DNA of 64,000 nt, taken from contig JBHLLT010000005.1 of assembly GCA_048938855.1 (NCBI GenBank), positions 64,001 to 128,000 on the forward strand, in the 5' to 3' direction. A program made the position numbers and the translations under genes. This document shows positions 10,291-19,849 of the stretch, piece by piece. The notes beneath the pieces were generated by a model. That model was not told the DNA's origin and ran no database searches. It saw only the letters and a list, made by a program, of their open reading frames with translations. Within the stretch, counting starts at the first letter, position 1. Every line of letters starts with the position of its first letter. The DNA comes from Promethearchaeota archaeon (GTDB taxonomy: Archaea > Asgardarchaeota > Lokiarchaeia > Sigyniarchaeales > SOKP01).

Positions 10291-11192
10291 AAATGGTAAA
10301 TGTTATGGATCTTCCTGAAGAAGAATTTATATATCCTGGGACTCGTGCTTGTGCAGGATGTGGAATGGCATTGATCTACAGAATGGCTCTTAAAGCACTA
10401 GGGCCTAAGACAATAATAACCGTACCAGCATCATGCTTAACTGTATTGCATGGAATGCAAGGATTTTGCTCAACAAAAATATCTGTTTATCATACACCTT
10501 TTGCCACTACTGGTGCTTCAGCATCAGGGATCTTAGCATCTTTAGAAGATAAAGGTTTAGCAGATGAAATCACTGTTCTTGCTTTTGCCGGAGATGGTGG
10601 AACAACCGATATTGGAATACAGGCTTTAAGTGGAGCCGCAGAAAGAGGAACAAACTTTATTTATGCATGTTATGATAATGAAGCATATATGAATACAGGA
10701 GTTCAGAGAAGTGGTTCTACTCCTCTTGGTGTTCGAACTACAACTACTCCAGAAGGAAAGGAAGTTCATAAAAAAAATATGCCAAAAATATTAGAAGCAC
10801 ATGGCATCCCATATGTCACTACTGCTAATGCTGCTTACCCTCTTGATTTATATGAAAAATTTAAGAGAGCAAAAACCATAATTGGACCGAAATATTTCCA
10901 TATTTTATCACCTTGTCCCCCTGGATGGGGATATGATCCAAAAGATACGATGTTGATCGGCAGATTAGCAAATGAAACAGGTTTTTGGCCTCTTTATGAA
11001 GTTATTGAGGGTAAATTTGAATTATCAAGACCTAGCAATAGATATTTAGATTCCTCTAAACGTAAACCAATAAATGAGTATTTGAAAATGCAAAAAAGAT
11101 TTAAATCTATTGATGATGCCACAATTAAATTATATGAAGAATATATTTCTAAAATGTGGGATGATATAAAGCAAAGATTAGATAACCAGTAG
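10284..11192 (+). CDS. porB: Pyruvate/2-oxoacid:ferredoxin oxidoreductase beta subunit (TPP-binding)
   Basis: ACAGCG, GDGG..DIG, DNEAYMNTG.QRS, SPCP.GW. Confidence 0.95.
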   Translation: MLKMVNVMDLPEEEFIYPGTRACAGCGMALIYRMALKALGPKTIITVPASCLTVLHGMQGFCSTKISVYHTPFATTGASASGILASLEDKGLADEITVLAFAGDGGTTDIGIQALSGAAERGTNFIYACYDNEAYMNTGVQRSGSTPLGVRTTTTPEGKEVHKKNMPKILEAHGIPYVTTANAAYPLDLYEKFKRAKTIIGPKYFHILSPCPPGWGYDPKDTMLIGRLANETGFWPLYEVIEGKFELSRPSNRYLDSSKRKPINEYLKMQKRFKSIDDATIKLYEEYISKMWDDIKQRLDNQ

Positions 11193-11308
11193 TATTTGTT
11201 TTATAAAAAATTTGTTTTAATTTAATTTATTTTTAAATTTCATTTTACTTAACCTAAGATTTTAGAAAAAAATAAAAGCTAAATCTAGTTAAGTTAAGTA
11301 GATATTAG

Positions 11309-12091
11309 ATGCTAAGAACATTCATATTTGATGAAACTAAATCTCATTGGATCGAAGAAGAGCAACATTTACTATCTCAAGATATTTGTGCAATTTTAGA
11401 TGAAGAAAATGTCATTTTATATCTTTGGAATGGCCCAAAAAGCAAAAAGAAGAAATTTAGGAAAGCATATAAACAACTAAAGCTATTGATTGCTAATTAT
11501 CGAGAGTTAAATATCCAGTTAATTATGTCTAAGAAGAACTTTCCTCTACAAATTCAAGACAAACTAAACTCATTTTTAGATTCTTTGAAATCAGGAGAAA
11601 AAATGAATTTAAAATTTAGTAGGTTTATAACTATAAGACTTTATAGCATTTCTATCATAATTGCAGTACTATTACCCATCATATCGTTTCTAAATTTAAG
11701 TACATCGTTTTTTTGGTCAAAATTTTTAGGAAATTATGAAGTAAATAGCATAAATTATACAAATTGGATAAATTTTTCAAAAATAATCACTTTAATTGCC
11801 TTAATATTTTTTAGTATCAACCTTGTAATTGGCATTGTTGAATATGAAAATCAAGTTATTGTATTTTCATTAAATAGCATAATTATTTCAATAGGAATCG
11901 TGTTTTACTTAAATCAAGGAGTTTTTCTTTTTTTGTTTCAAGAAGGCTCAACATCCACTACTTATTTTATATTACCGAAAGATGTTTTCATCTTCTTACT
12001 GTTGAATTTAACAGCTCTTCTGGTTTTTGAAATTCCTAATATATATAAATTATTATCTTTTTTCAAAACTTATCGAAAATTCATATTTTAG
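11309..12091 (+). CDS. Gelsolin-like domain fused to a ~4-TM membrane domain
   Basis: 'LLSQDICAILDEENVILYLWNGPKS...FRKA' fits the gelsolin repeat pattern L.S.D..ilD....iy.W.G..s; C-terminal half has four hydrophobic helices. Confidence 0.62.
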   Translation: MLRTFIFDETKSHWIEEEQHLLSQDICAILDEENVILYLWNGPKSKKKKFRKAYKQLKLLIANYRELNIQLIMSKKNFPLQIQDKLNSFLDSLKSGEKMNLKFSRFITIRLYSISIIIAVLLPIISFLNLSTSFFWSKFLGNYEVNSINYTNWINFSKIITLIALIFFSINLVIGIVEYENQVIVFSLNSIIISIGIVFYLNQGVFLFLFQEGSTSTTYFILPKDVFIFLLLNLTALLVFEIPNIYKLLSFFKTYRKFIF

Positions 12092-12102
12092 TTGATATAA
12101 GT

Positions 12103-12978
12103 GTGCAAGTAGCAAATCTACTTACTGAACTTGAAAAGGAAGATCTTCGAATCCTCATGGCGATTGAAATTGGGATGAAGAGGTCTAAGTTTGTTACCGT
12201 AAACAATATTAAATTCTATTCTCGTTACAAAATGGAAGAAACACTTTTCCGATTAAAAAAAGTTCATAAACTTGATTTAATTATCAGAGACGCTTCTAAG
12301 CATGAAATTGCCTATACGCTCAATTCTAAGGCTTATGATTTACTTGCACTACATGCTTTAGTCGAACAAAACATAATTAGCCAATTAGGGCCTCTTATAG
12401 GTAAAGGTAAAGAATCAGATGTGTATAGCTGCATGGATGATCACGAAAATATTTTCGCAGCGAAATTTTACCGAATGGGGAGAACAAGCTTTAAAAGTAT
12501 AAAACAACTTAGAGATATTATCGGAGAACGGGGACACCTTTCTTGGCTTTATGTGAATAGACTTGCTGCAAAAAAAGAGTATGAAGCTCTTGAAAAGATA
12601 TATCTACTTAAACTAAACACTCCAAAACCAATAGGTTATAATAGGCATATAATTATAATGTCTTACTTGAGAGGAAAAGAATTAGTTTACTATAAATATA
12701 TAAAAAAACCTTTAAAGATCTTTACTAGAATTATTAAGCAATACAAATTAATATATAAAAAAGCAGGTATGATACATGGAGATTTAGGTGAATTTAATAT
12801 TGTTTTGGATGAAAAAGGAAACATTTTATTAATTGATTGGTTACAATGGGTTCCAGCTGATCATCCTAATGCAAAATCACTTTTGGAAAGGGATATTGAA
12901 AATATATGTAATTATTTTCAAAAAAAGTATAATATCGAAAGTAAAACAGATGAGATTCTTAAATCTTTTTATAAATAA
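12103..12978 (+). CDS. rio2: RIO2 atypical Ser/Thr kinase
   Basis: N-terminal wHTH, GKGKES.V, KFYR.GRTSF, HGDL.EFNI, IDW. Confidence 0.93.
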   Translation: MQVANLLTELEKEDLRILMAIEIGMKRSKFVTVNNIKFYSRYKMEETLFRLKKVHKLDLIIRDASKHEIAYTLNSKAYDLLALHALVEQNIISQLGPLIGKGKESDVYSCMDDHENIFAAKFYRMGRTSFKSIKQLRDIIGERGHLSWLYVNRLAAKKEYEALEKIYLLKLNTPKPIGYNRHIIIMSYLRGKELVYYKYIKKPLKIFTRIIKQYKLIYKKAGMIHGDLGEFNIVLDEKGNILLIDWLQWVPADHPNAKSLLERDIENICNYFQKKYNIESKTDEILKSFYK

Positions 12979-13594
12979 TTGGTCTAAAAGTTTTTAGCTG
13001 AGAAATCTTACCCTGGATTATTATATCTTCTAACTTTTCTTTTTCTATTACGATTATGTCTTTCACGTAAAGTTCTAATATTTTTAGTAAAGAATTTAAA
13101 TCTAAGTTCTTTTTAAGGATAGAAAATATGAAGTCGGTATTATTTTTACATACTCTTGTTAATTCTTCAATTCCATTTCTAATACTTGGTAAATTTTGGA
13201 ATGATGTAAATGTAAATATCATATCGAATGTATTTTCTCTAAAAGGTAAATGATCAATATCTGATAATATAAAATTTGGTAGATGGCCAAAATTATCATC
13301 TTTGAAAGTTTTTGATTTAAATTTTAACAACATATTCCAGGAAATATCTACCGCAATATAATTACTGTTTGTAATATTCTTCGCAACATTTGTTTTTATT
13401 AAATACTCAAAAAATAAACCTGTACCACACCCCAAATCTAAAATTATTCTGTTGAAATCTCTATAATTATTTAAAATTACCTCATACTTCTCTTTTTGTA
13501 TCGCTTCATATCTTTTGTCATAAAAATTTGCTGTCTTATTATAATCGCTAATAATTTTCTTTTTCTTATTTTGATTTTTATGTTTATCCTCCAA
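12959..13594 (-). CDS. Class I SAM-dependent methyltransferase
   Basis: ILDLGCGTG, VDIS..ML, LPFR...FD motifs. Confidence 0.9.
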   Translation of the reverse strand: MEDKHKNQNKKKKIISDYNKTANFYDKRYEAIQKEKYEVILNNYRDFNRIILDLGCGTGLFFEYLIKTNVAKNITNSNYIAVDISWNMLLKFKSKTFKDDNFGHLPNFILSDIDHLPFRENTFDMIFTFTSFQNLPSIRNGIEELTRVCKNNTDFIFSILKKNLDLNSLLKILELYVKDIIVIEKEKLEDIIIQGKISQLKTFRPIIYKKI

Positions 13595-13718
13595 TATGAT
13601 AACCAGACAAATTTATTTTTGATTTTTCAATGTCGTAAGGTTTTAATTCAAAAAATTCTATCTTTAAATTATCTTTTCTATAAATATAATAATAATATTT
13701 TTGATATAAGGATTAAAA

Positions 13719-13982
13719 ATGTCAAGTAGAAATAATAATCAACAGAGATCAAAAAACCCTTTACAAATATTACAAAATAGCCAAGGTTCAATAATATTAC
13801 TCCGATTAAAAGATGGGACTGAATATAGAGGACTTTTAAAGGAAATAGATGCTTATATGAACATGATTCTTGAGGATGCTACTGAACTTTTAGATGGGAC
13901 ACCTATGGCCAAATATAACGAAATTTTCATTAGAGGTAATAATCTTCTATTTATAAAGCCTGATGCCTCTCAACTTACGTAG
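13719..13982 (+). CDS. Sm-like (Lsm/SmAP) RNA-binding protein
   Basis: Sm1 'EYRGLL..ID.YMN.IL' and Sm2 'IFIRGNN' motifs. Confidence 0.93.
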   Translation: MSSRNNNQQRSKNPLQILQNSQGSIILLRLKDGTEYRGLLKEIDAYMNMILEDATELLDGTPMAKYNEIFIRGNNLLFIKPDASQLT

Positions 13983-14063
13983 GGATTCTGATTAATCTAT
14001 AGCTAATTTTTACAGTATATATCAGATTTTAGATAATAATATAAATATTATTTAGAATTAGTT

Positions 14064-14963
14064 TTACAGCTCTAAGAGTTTTGGTATAACCTCATCATTT
14101 TTAATTATTGCATAAGATGCAGGATTAGGAGAATATTCACCTCTATAATTCGCAGATGAGAATATTGATAACAATCTATTGTTGAAGAACCACCGATATC
14201 CCTCAGGAAAACATTCATGGGCTCTTATAAGAAAATTTAGATTATTATATTTCATAAACTCCTTAAAAGCGTCGTTTCCAAAAAATTTTATACCTGGACC
14301 CCTAAAACTGTCGGAAAAACCTTGTAAATCTGACTTAGGGTCATTCCACATAATTTGATATATACTTTGTGCATTTGAGGTAAAGACTTGACTAAAATCT
14401 TTGCATTTATGGCCTTTAAGCTTACCTAGAATTTCAATATCTTGTGGGATTCCTCCATGTAAGCATAAAGTTGTCTCATTAACTAAAATACATAGAGGGA
14501 GAGTGTTATATACTTTAATAATATCAATAAACTTACTCTGATCTTTGAATCTTAGAAGAAAATCTTGAAAAAAACCATAATATTGATTTATTTCAAGAGT
14601 TTCATGATTTCCTCTTATGATATAATATTTTAAAGGGAATAGAATTTTTAACGCATATACTATAATTAAACATTCTAATTGCTTTGGACCACGATCAACA
14701 ATATCCCCAAGAAAAATTACTATTTTAGGATTATTTTTATTAATAATTTTAATTAATTCCATCAAGGTTTTTAAGTTTCCATGAATATCTCCTATAACGT
14801 AAATTACGTCTGTTTTACTGTTAACACTGAGTTCTAAAAGTAAATTTTCAACCTCAAATAATTCTTTCACGGTCTTTAATATTATTGATATAATATCAAA
14901 GTTTAATTTGGAAATTTTTTGAGGATTATTGATTAGATCAAGTAAAAATGAATTTTCTATCAA
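14064..14963 (-). CDS. PPP-family Ser/Thr protein phosphatase (PP1/PP2A-like)
   Basis: GDIHG, GDIVDRG, RGNHE, HGG, WNDP, RG.G, RAHE, FSSANY. Confidence 0.95.
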   Translation of the reverse strand: MIENSFLLDLINNPQKISKLNFDIISIILKTVKELFEVENLLLELSVNSKTDVIYVIGDIHGNLKTLMELIKIINKNNPKIVIFLGDIVDRGPKQLECLIIVYALKILFPLKYYIIRGNHETLEINQYYGFFQDFLLRFKDQSKFIDIIKVYNTLPLCILVNETTLCLHGGIPQDIEILGKLKGHKCKDFSQVFTSNAQSIYQIMWNDPKSDLQGFSDSFRGPGIKFFGNDAFKEFMKYNNLNFLIRAHECFPEGYRWFFNNRLLSIFSSANYRGEYSPNPASYAIIKNDEVIPKLLEL

Positions 14964-15086
14964 CTTGAAATTTATTTAAATTGTATATATTAATTATTTT
15001 ATAGTTGTTCTATTATTTTATTATTGTTTTTAGTATTTTAATAAATAAAGAAATAAAAAATGAAATCTAAATAGTTAATTGATGAT

Positions 15087-17174
15087 ATGCAAGCTCAAAA
15101 GCTTATAAAATTCATGGAAAATCAAATTCAGGACTTTGAAAATCAAAAAGCACTTCAGCAAAATAAAAATCGTAATCTTGGAATCATCTATACTCCAAAT
15201 GAAATTGTAGATTATATAGTTTCCAATATATTCAGAATCTTTTTCCGTGAATATTTTACTTCTCTAAAAATCAATCAGGTAGATGTCAATATAGAAAAAT
15301 TAGTTGATATTTTAGGTAGAAATCCAGAATTTAAAGTTAAGATATATAATATAATTAAAAATTTGAGAATTTTAGATCCCTCTTGTGGTTCTGGGAGATT
15401 TTTAATATCAATAGCAGAAAAATTATATAAAATTTATCAAGTAGTAAATCCTGGATTATCGCCTCTTGAACTTAAGAAATCAATTATTGAGAGAAACCTA
15501 TATGCAAATGAAATTGATCAATCCGCTATTGTTATTGCCAAGTTACGGCTAATTCAGTGGCTTTTATCTAATGATCCTAATAATATTACCTACTATATTC
15601 CCAACTTTAAGAGTTTCAAAGCTACAAATATTAATCATTTCATTGAAATATTAAATCTCAAATTTAATATTTACAACTTAGATTTCCTCTTAGAATTTGA
15701 CTCTGATAAATTCGATATTATTGTTGGGAATCCACCATATGTCGAAAACAAGCGGATAAAGGATAAAGAATTTAAAAAAAAACTGATAAATAGATATCAA
15801 TCGGCATATCGATTATTCGATCTTTCAATCATATTCATCGAGAGATCTTTAGAGTTATTAAATATTGGAGGATATCTCTCACTAATTTTACCAAATAAAT
15901 TTCTATCTGCAGATTATGGTATTAAAATCAGATCGTTATTGCTAAATGAATCAGAAATCAAAGAAATCATAAATATCTCATCGTTATCTGTGTTTCAAAA
16001 TGCAGCTACATACCCTATAATATTATCTTCGAAAAAAACTAATCAAATCAAAAAGAAAGAAATTGTTATTAAATCATACAAGAAAATAAGTGAATTAGTT
16101 AATAATGCCAAAAATATGACATTATATCTTAACCAGAGTCAAATTGACTATCTACCTTCAAAAGTAATTCCTCTCTCAGATAATATAAATTTATTAACAT
16201 TTTTATTTAAAAACTTTGAAGCTTTTGATGAAACCTTTAAAGATTTGAAAATCATTTATCGACCATTTGGTTTTTTAAAATATGGTAGACATTATGATAA
16301 CATCAGTAATAAACCTCAGTCTGATAATGATTTATTATTAATTGGAACTAGTAATGTAGGAAAGTTTCATATTAAATTCGATAAAAGAATAAAAATTATG
16401 GGGAACGATCTTGAAATATCATACTTTAATTATAATTCTAACTTTGAGCATATCTGGAATGATCTCAATAGTGAAAAACTTATTTTTAGAGAAATCGCGA
16501 AAGATTTAACATTTTTTTATGATCCTGGAGTATTTACTAATATAACTGGTCTCTATTTTATTAAAATTCCCTCATTAAATACTGATCAGTTATTTGGTCT
16601 TTTAACAATATTAAATTCTGAATTTATGAACTCGGTGTTTAAATCACTATTTAGTACATTACATATGGCAGGGGGTTATTTAAGATTTAATGGCAGCTTT
16701 ATTAAAAGATTACCCATGCCAAGAATATTTCCTATGTTTTTATCACAATTGGGGAAAATTCTACAATTTCTTTCCCAATTAAATTATAGTTTCAACTCAT
16801 CTAATTTTAAATATGCAAGAAATAATGAATTAGAGCAATTTAAGGATAAATATAATAACAAAATTAATGTTTCTCTTACTTTTTTCAATAAACTTAGTAA
16901 TTCTCTAGTCAAATTATTATTCCTTGATGAATTTTACTTAAAAAATAATATAGATTATAACATTCTAAGAGATTTATTGGACTTAAGAGGAGATTTTCAA
17001 AAAATACCAGCAAAATTTTTAATTCCGGTCTTCCATTTAAAAAATTATAAAGTTTTCTCCTTTAATGAATTAGATTGTATTTTGACTGAAATTGTCAAAT
17101 TTTGTAGAAGACTACAGTGCAATAAAGAATTATTAAAACAAGTAGATAACCTATTAAAAACTAATTTCAGTTAA
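15087..17174 (+). CDS. Solitary N6-adenine DNA methyltransferase, gamma class (Eco57I/TaqI-like)
   Basis: GIIYTP, LDPSCGSGRF, IVGNPPY, LPNKFL..DYG..IR, C-terminal target-recognition domain; no nuclease domain seen. Confidence 0.88.
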   Translation: MQAQKLIKFMENQIQDFENQKALQQNKNRNLGIIYTPNEIVDYIVSNIFRIFFREYFTSLKINQVDVNIEKLVDILGRNPEFKVKIYNIIKNLRILDPSCGSGRFLISIAEKLYKIYQVVNPGLSPLELKKSIIERNLYANEIDQSAIVIAKLRLIQWLLSNDPNNITYYIPNFKSFKATNINHFIEILNLKFNIYNLDFLLEFDSDKFDIIVGNPPYVENKRIKDKEFKKKLINRYQSAYRLFDLSIIFIERSLELLNIGGYLSLILPNKFLSADYGIKIRSLLLNESEIKEIINISSLSVFQNAATYPIILSSKKTNQIKKKEIVIKSYKKISELVNNAKNMTLYLNQSQIDYLPSKVIPLSDNINLLTFLFKNFEAFDETFKDLKIIYRPFGFLKYGRHYDNISNKPQSDNDLLLIGTSNVGKFHIKFDKRIKIMGNDLEISYFNYNSNFEHIWNDLNSEKLIFREIAKDLTFFYDPGVFTNITGLYFIKIPSLNTDQLFGLLTILNSEFMNSVFKSLFSTLHMAGGYLRFNGSFIKRLPMPRIFPMFLSQLGKILQFLSQLNYSFNSSNFKYARNNELEQFKDKYNNKINVSLTFFNKLSNSLVKLLFLDEFYLKNNIDYNILRDLLDLRGDFQKIPAKFLIPVFHLKNYKVFSFNELDCILTEIVKFCRRLQCNKELLKQVDNLLKTNFS

Positions 17175-17292
17175 TTATTAATTCTTATGTTGTTTTCCTT
17201 CATACAAAATCGAATTAAAATTATATTTTAGTAAAAATTATATAATAAAACGAATAATTAGTAAAAATCAATTAAAAATTTAAGTGAGAGAT

Positions 17293-17607
17293 ATGGCTAA
17301 AAAAAAGAGTGCACCAAGCGGAGAAGATGATTATGAAGTTCCCACTGGGAAAGTAGATGAAGATGGAGATGAAGTAATAGATCTAAATGAGTGGAAAGAT
17401 GATTTAGAAGAAGATGTAATATATGAAATCCCTGATGATGATGACATGATTGAAGACGAAACCGAAGATGAAGAATTTGGCATGGAAGTCGATGATGTTG
17501 TAAAAATGTTACGAGATGTTAAATGTAAGCCCTGTCCTGGTTTAAGAAGTAAACCAGATTGTAAAATTGCTCATGATTATGGATGTCCAAAACCAAAAAT
17601 GCCATAA
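17293..17607 (+). CDS. Small highly acidic protein with C-terminal Cys4 motif (ORF track starts at GTG 17284)
   Basis: D/E-rich core; CKPC-x8-C-x7-C; followed by T-rich terminator. Confidence 0.75.
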   Translation: MAKKKSAPSGEDDYEVPTGKVDEDGDEVIDLNEWKDDLEEDVIYEIPDDDDMIEDETEDEEFGMEVDDVVKMLRDVKCKPCPGLRSKPDCKIAHDYGCPKPKMP

Positions 17608-17638
17608 TTTTTATTTTTTATTTTTTTGTTATTTTGTT
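17608..17638 (+). terminator. Oligo-T archaeal terminator
   Basis: Consecutive T runs immediately after the stop codon. Confidence 0.55.
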
Positions 17639-17677
17639 TACTAAATCGCGCTGGATTAAAGTTGTTAAGGGAATATT

Positions 17678-18676
17678 TTGCTTTCAAATATATTAAAACG
17701 CTTAATATTGATAATTATTGATATTCTAATAAGCTGGTATATTTGGGAAGTGAATGTTTCATTCGGAAATCCCTGTTACACGTCAGCTTTTTCAAAATGT
17801 TTTACTTTATCGGTTACAACATTTCTAATTATTTATGTGCCTTTTGAGATTTACTGGTCCTTTAGAGACCTCTGGTTTGATCGCTGGAGAAAAATTATTC
17901 TCAAGGATCTAAATGTTTCAAATAAACAAATTAAAGTCTCTGATGGGTCTCTATATGCAAGCATAGTCACAAATCAGGATAAAAACAAAATTAACCTAAA
18001 AAATTCTATTATTATTGTTTGTCATGGTTTTTCTGATACAAAAGAGACACTTCAATATTTATATTTCCCATTCGCTTATCAAGGTTATGTGGTTTTAGCA
18101 TATGATGCGAGAGGTACAGGAAAATCAAAAAAAACGGGAAAAAGAAGTGATTTTTTAAAAAGAATTGAAGATTTTTGCAAAATAATTGAATGGGTAAGAA
18201 CACAAGAAGAATACGCAACTAAAAAAATTTATTGTATTGGATTTAGCATAGGAGCAATAACAGTTCTATCTGCAACTTCTGTTATTAGAGATATTGACAA
18301 AATAATTGCAATCTCATCAATGTCTTCTTACAAACAAAATATCCCTAAATATAATCCAGTAATCATATTAGACTATTTAATTAAGGGTGTAAAATTGTTT
18401 CCAAGTAGTGAAGAAAATATCCAGTTATCTCCATTTCAATCAATAAAAAAAATGAAAGACGAGTTAAGTTTAGAGGAATGGAAAATCTTCTCTAAAAAGA
18501 TTATGTTAATACATTGTAGAAATGATAGAATTATAAAATTTAAAAATTTAAAAGAAAATAGGTTGATATTAGAATCCCCTGATAAAAATGTTCTTATATT
18601 AAAGAAAGGAGGGCATTCACAGAAGAAAAATGAATGTATATTAGTTGGAGCTTGTCTTAATTTCTTTAAATCATGA
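17678..18676 (+). CDS. Membrane-anchored alpha/beta hydrolase
   Basis: Two N-terminal hydrophobic segments; HGF, YDARGTG, GFSIG, D..GGH. Confidence 0.85.
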   Translation: MLSNILKRLILIIIDILISWYIWEVNVSFGNPCYTSAFSKCFTLSVTTFLIIYVPFEIYWSFRDLWFDRWRKIILKDLNVSNKQIKVSDGSLYASIVTNQDKNKINLKNSIIIVCHGFSDTKETLQYLYFPFAYQGYVVLAYDARGTGKSKKTGKRSDFLKRIEDFCKIIEWVRTQEEYATKKIYCIGFSIGAITVLSATSVIRDIDKIIAISSMSSYKQNIPKYNPVIILDYLIKGVKLFPSSEENIQLSPFQSIKKMKDELSLEEWKIFSKKIMLIHCRNDRIIKFKNLKENRLILESPDKNVLILKKGGHSQKKNECILVGACLNFFKS

Positions 18677-18687
18677 AACTAGAAACT

Positions 18688-19848
18688 TTAATATGTATTA
18701 ATCATAACTTTAATAGCTTCAAGAGCTAATTCTATACTAACATTAATAAGATTAAGTTTTTTTTTGAAGTAATCAAGATCCGAATTTGATTTATCAATTT
18801 CTTCAAAAATGTTAAAAAAATGTTTCTGGGACTCTAATTCCATAGAATAAATATTTGGTCGAGATGTTAAATTACTCATATTGACAAAACATCCATGATT
18901 TACGAAATTATGATTAAAAGCAGGGAAATAAGTTTCCCATAATTTTTCTTTCAAATTATTATATACAGTATTAGCTAACTTTAAGCAATAGTCTTTACTC
19001 TTATCATTATAGCAGAAATAAAAAGGTAATTTACCTATTCCGTGATTTCTCAAATTATATTCTTTTAATTTTTCAAAAACTATCTCAAATTGTTTATGAG
19101 TTAAATTTAAGTGTGCATGATCAGCAGAAGGGCTGCACTTGAAGAATAACGGTTTGCAATAATAAGGAATATCATATAATTTCATAATGTTTAAGATTAT
19201 CCCTTCCTTAAGCCAATGATCAAACTTATAATACGGATTGAGACTGTTAACCAATTCAATTTGAAAGCGTTCTAATAAAGAAGTCTCATGAAAATCAAGT
19301 ATATATAAATTTACGTCATGTTTATCCCAATATTTTTGTAGTATCTGTTTAACAATATTTACTTGTCCGGGTAAAGTTTTACACTTTAAATCGTTATTTT
19401 CATTACTAATATTAGGAATAAATGCTTTACACCAAAATCTATTAAGATTTGTACCATCTTCCAGATAATAGCCAGATTTGTTTGATTTACTAGGATTTTT
19501 GAAACCATAAGGATTTAATAATGGTATAAAAATTAAAATCTGATTTGATCTCGCTACATCATTAAGTTCTATTTTTTTTTCTCGTAGCAATTCAAAAAAT
19601 TTTAGCATACTAAATAAACCATTATATTCATTATGTTGAGCACCTATAAAGATTTTTACGTGATTACAATCATCTAATTTAGTATTCTTGGCAATTTTAA
19701 TAACAGGTATAATGATCTTAGAACTTTTATATATCTGATAACTTATGAAGTTTAAATTTTTAACTAATTCTAATTCATTTAGAATTTCTTTAAATAACAT
19801 TTCTCGGTTAGAAATATCCAATAAAGCTTTTAATGTTTTAAGTTTCAT
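18688..19848 (-). CDS. M14-like zinc carboxypeptidase (AstE/AspA/CCP fold); start reassigned to ATG 19848
   Basis: GAQHNE (variant of HxxE), PLLNPYG, GTNLNRFW, LDFHE, C-terminal SMELE; ATG lies 1 bp after the upstream stop. Confidence 0.75.
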   Translation of the reverse strand: MKLKTLKALLDISNREMLFKEILNELELVKNLNFISYQIYKSSKIIIPVIKIAKNTKLDDCNHVKIFIGAQHNEYNGLFSMLKFFELLREKKIELNDVARSNQILIFIPLLNPYGFKNPSKSNKSGYYLEDGTNLNRFWCKAFIPNISNENNDLKCKTLPGQVNIVKQILQKYWDKHDVNLYILDFHETSLLERFQIELVNSLNPYYKFDHWLKEGIILNIMKLYDIPYYCKPLFFKCSPSADHAHLNLTHKQFEIVFEKLKEYNLRNHGIGKLPFYFCYNDKSKDYCLKLANTVYNNLKEKLWETYFPAFNHNFVNHGCFVNMSNLTSRPNIYSMELESQKHFFNIFEEIDKSNSDLDYFKKKLNLINVSIELALEAIKVMINTY

Positions 19849-19849
19849 A

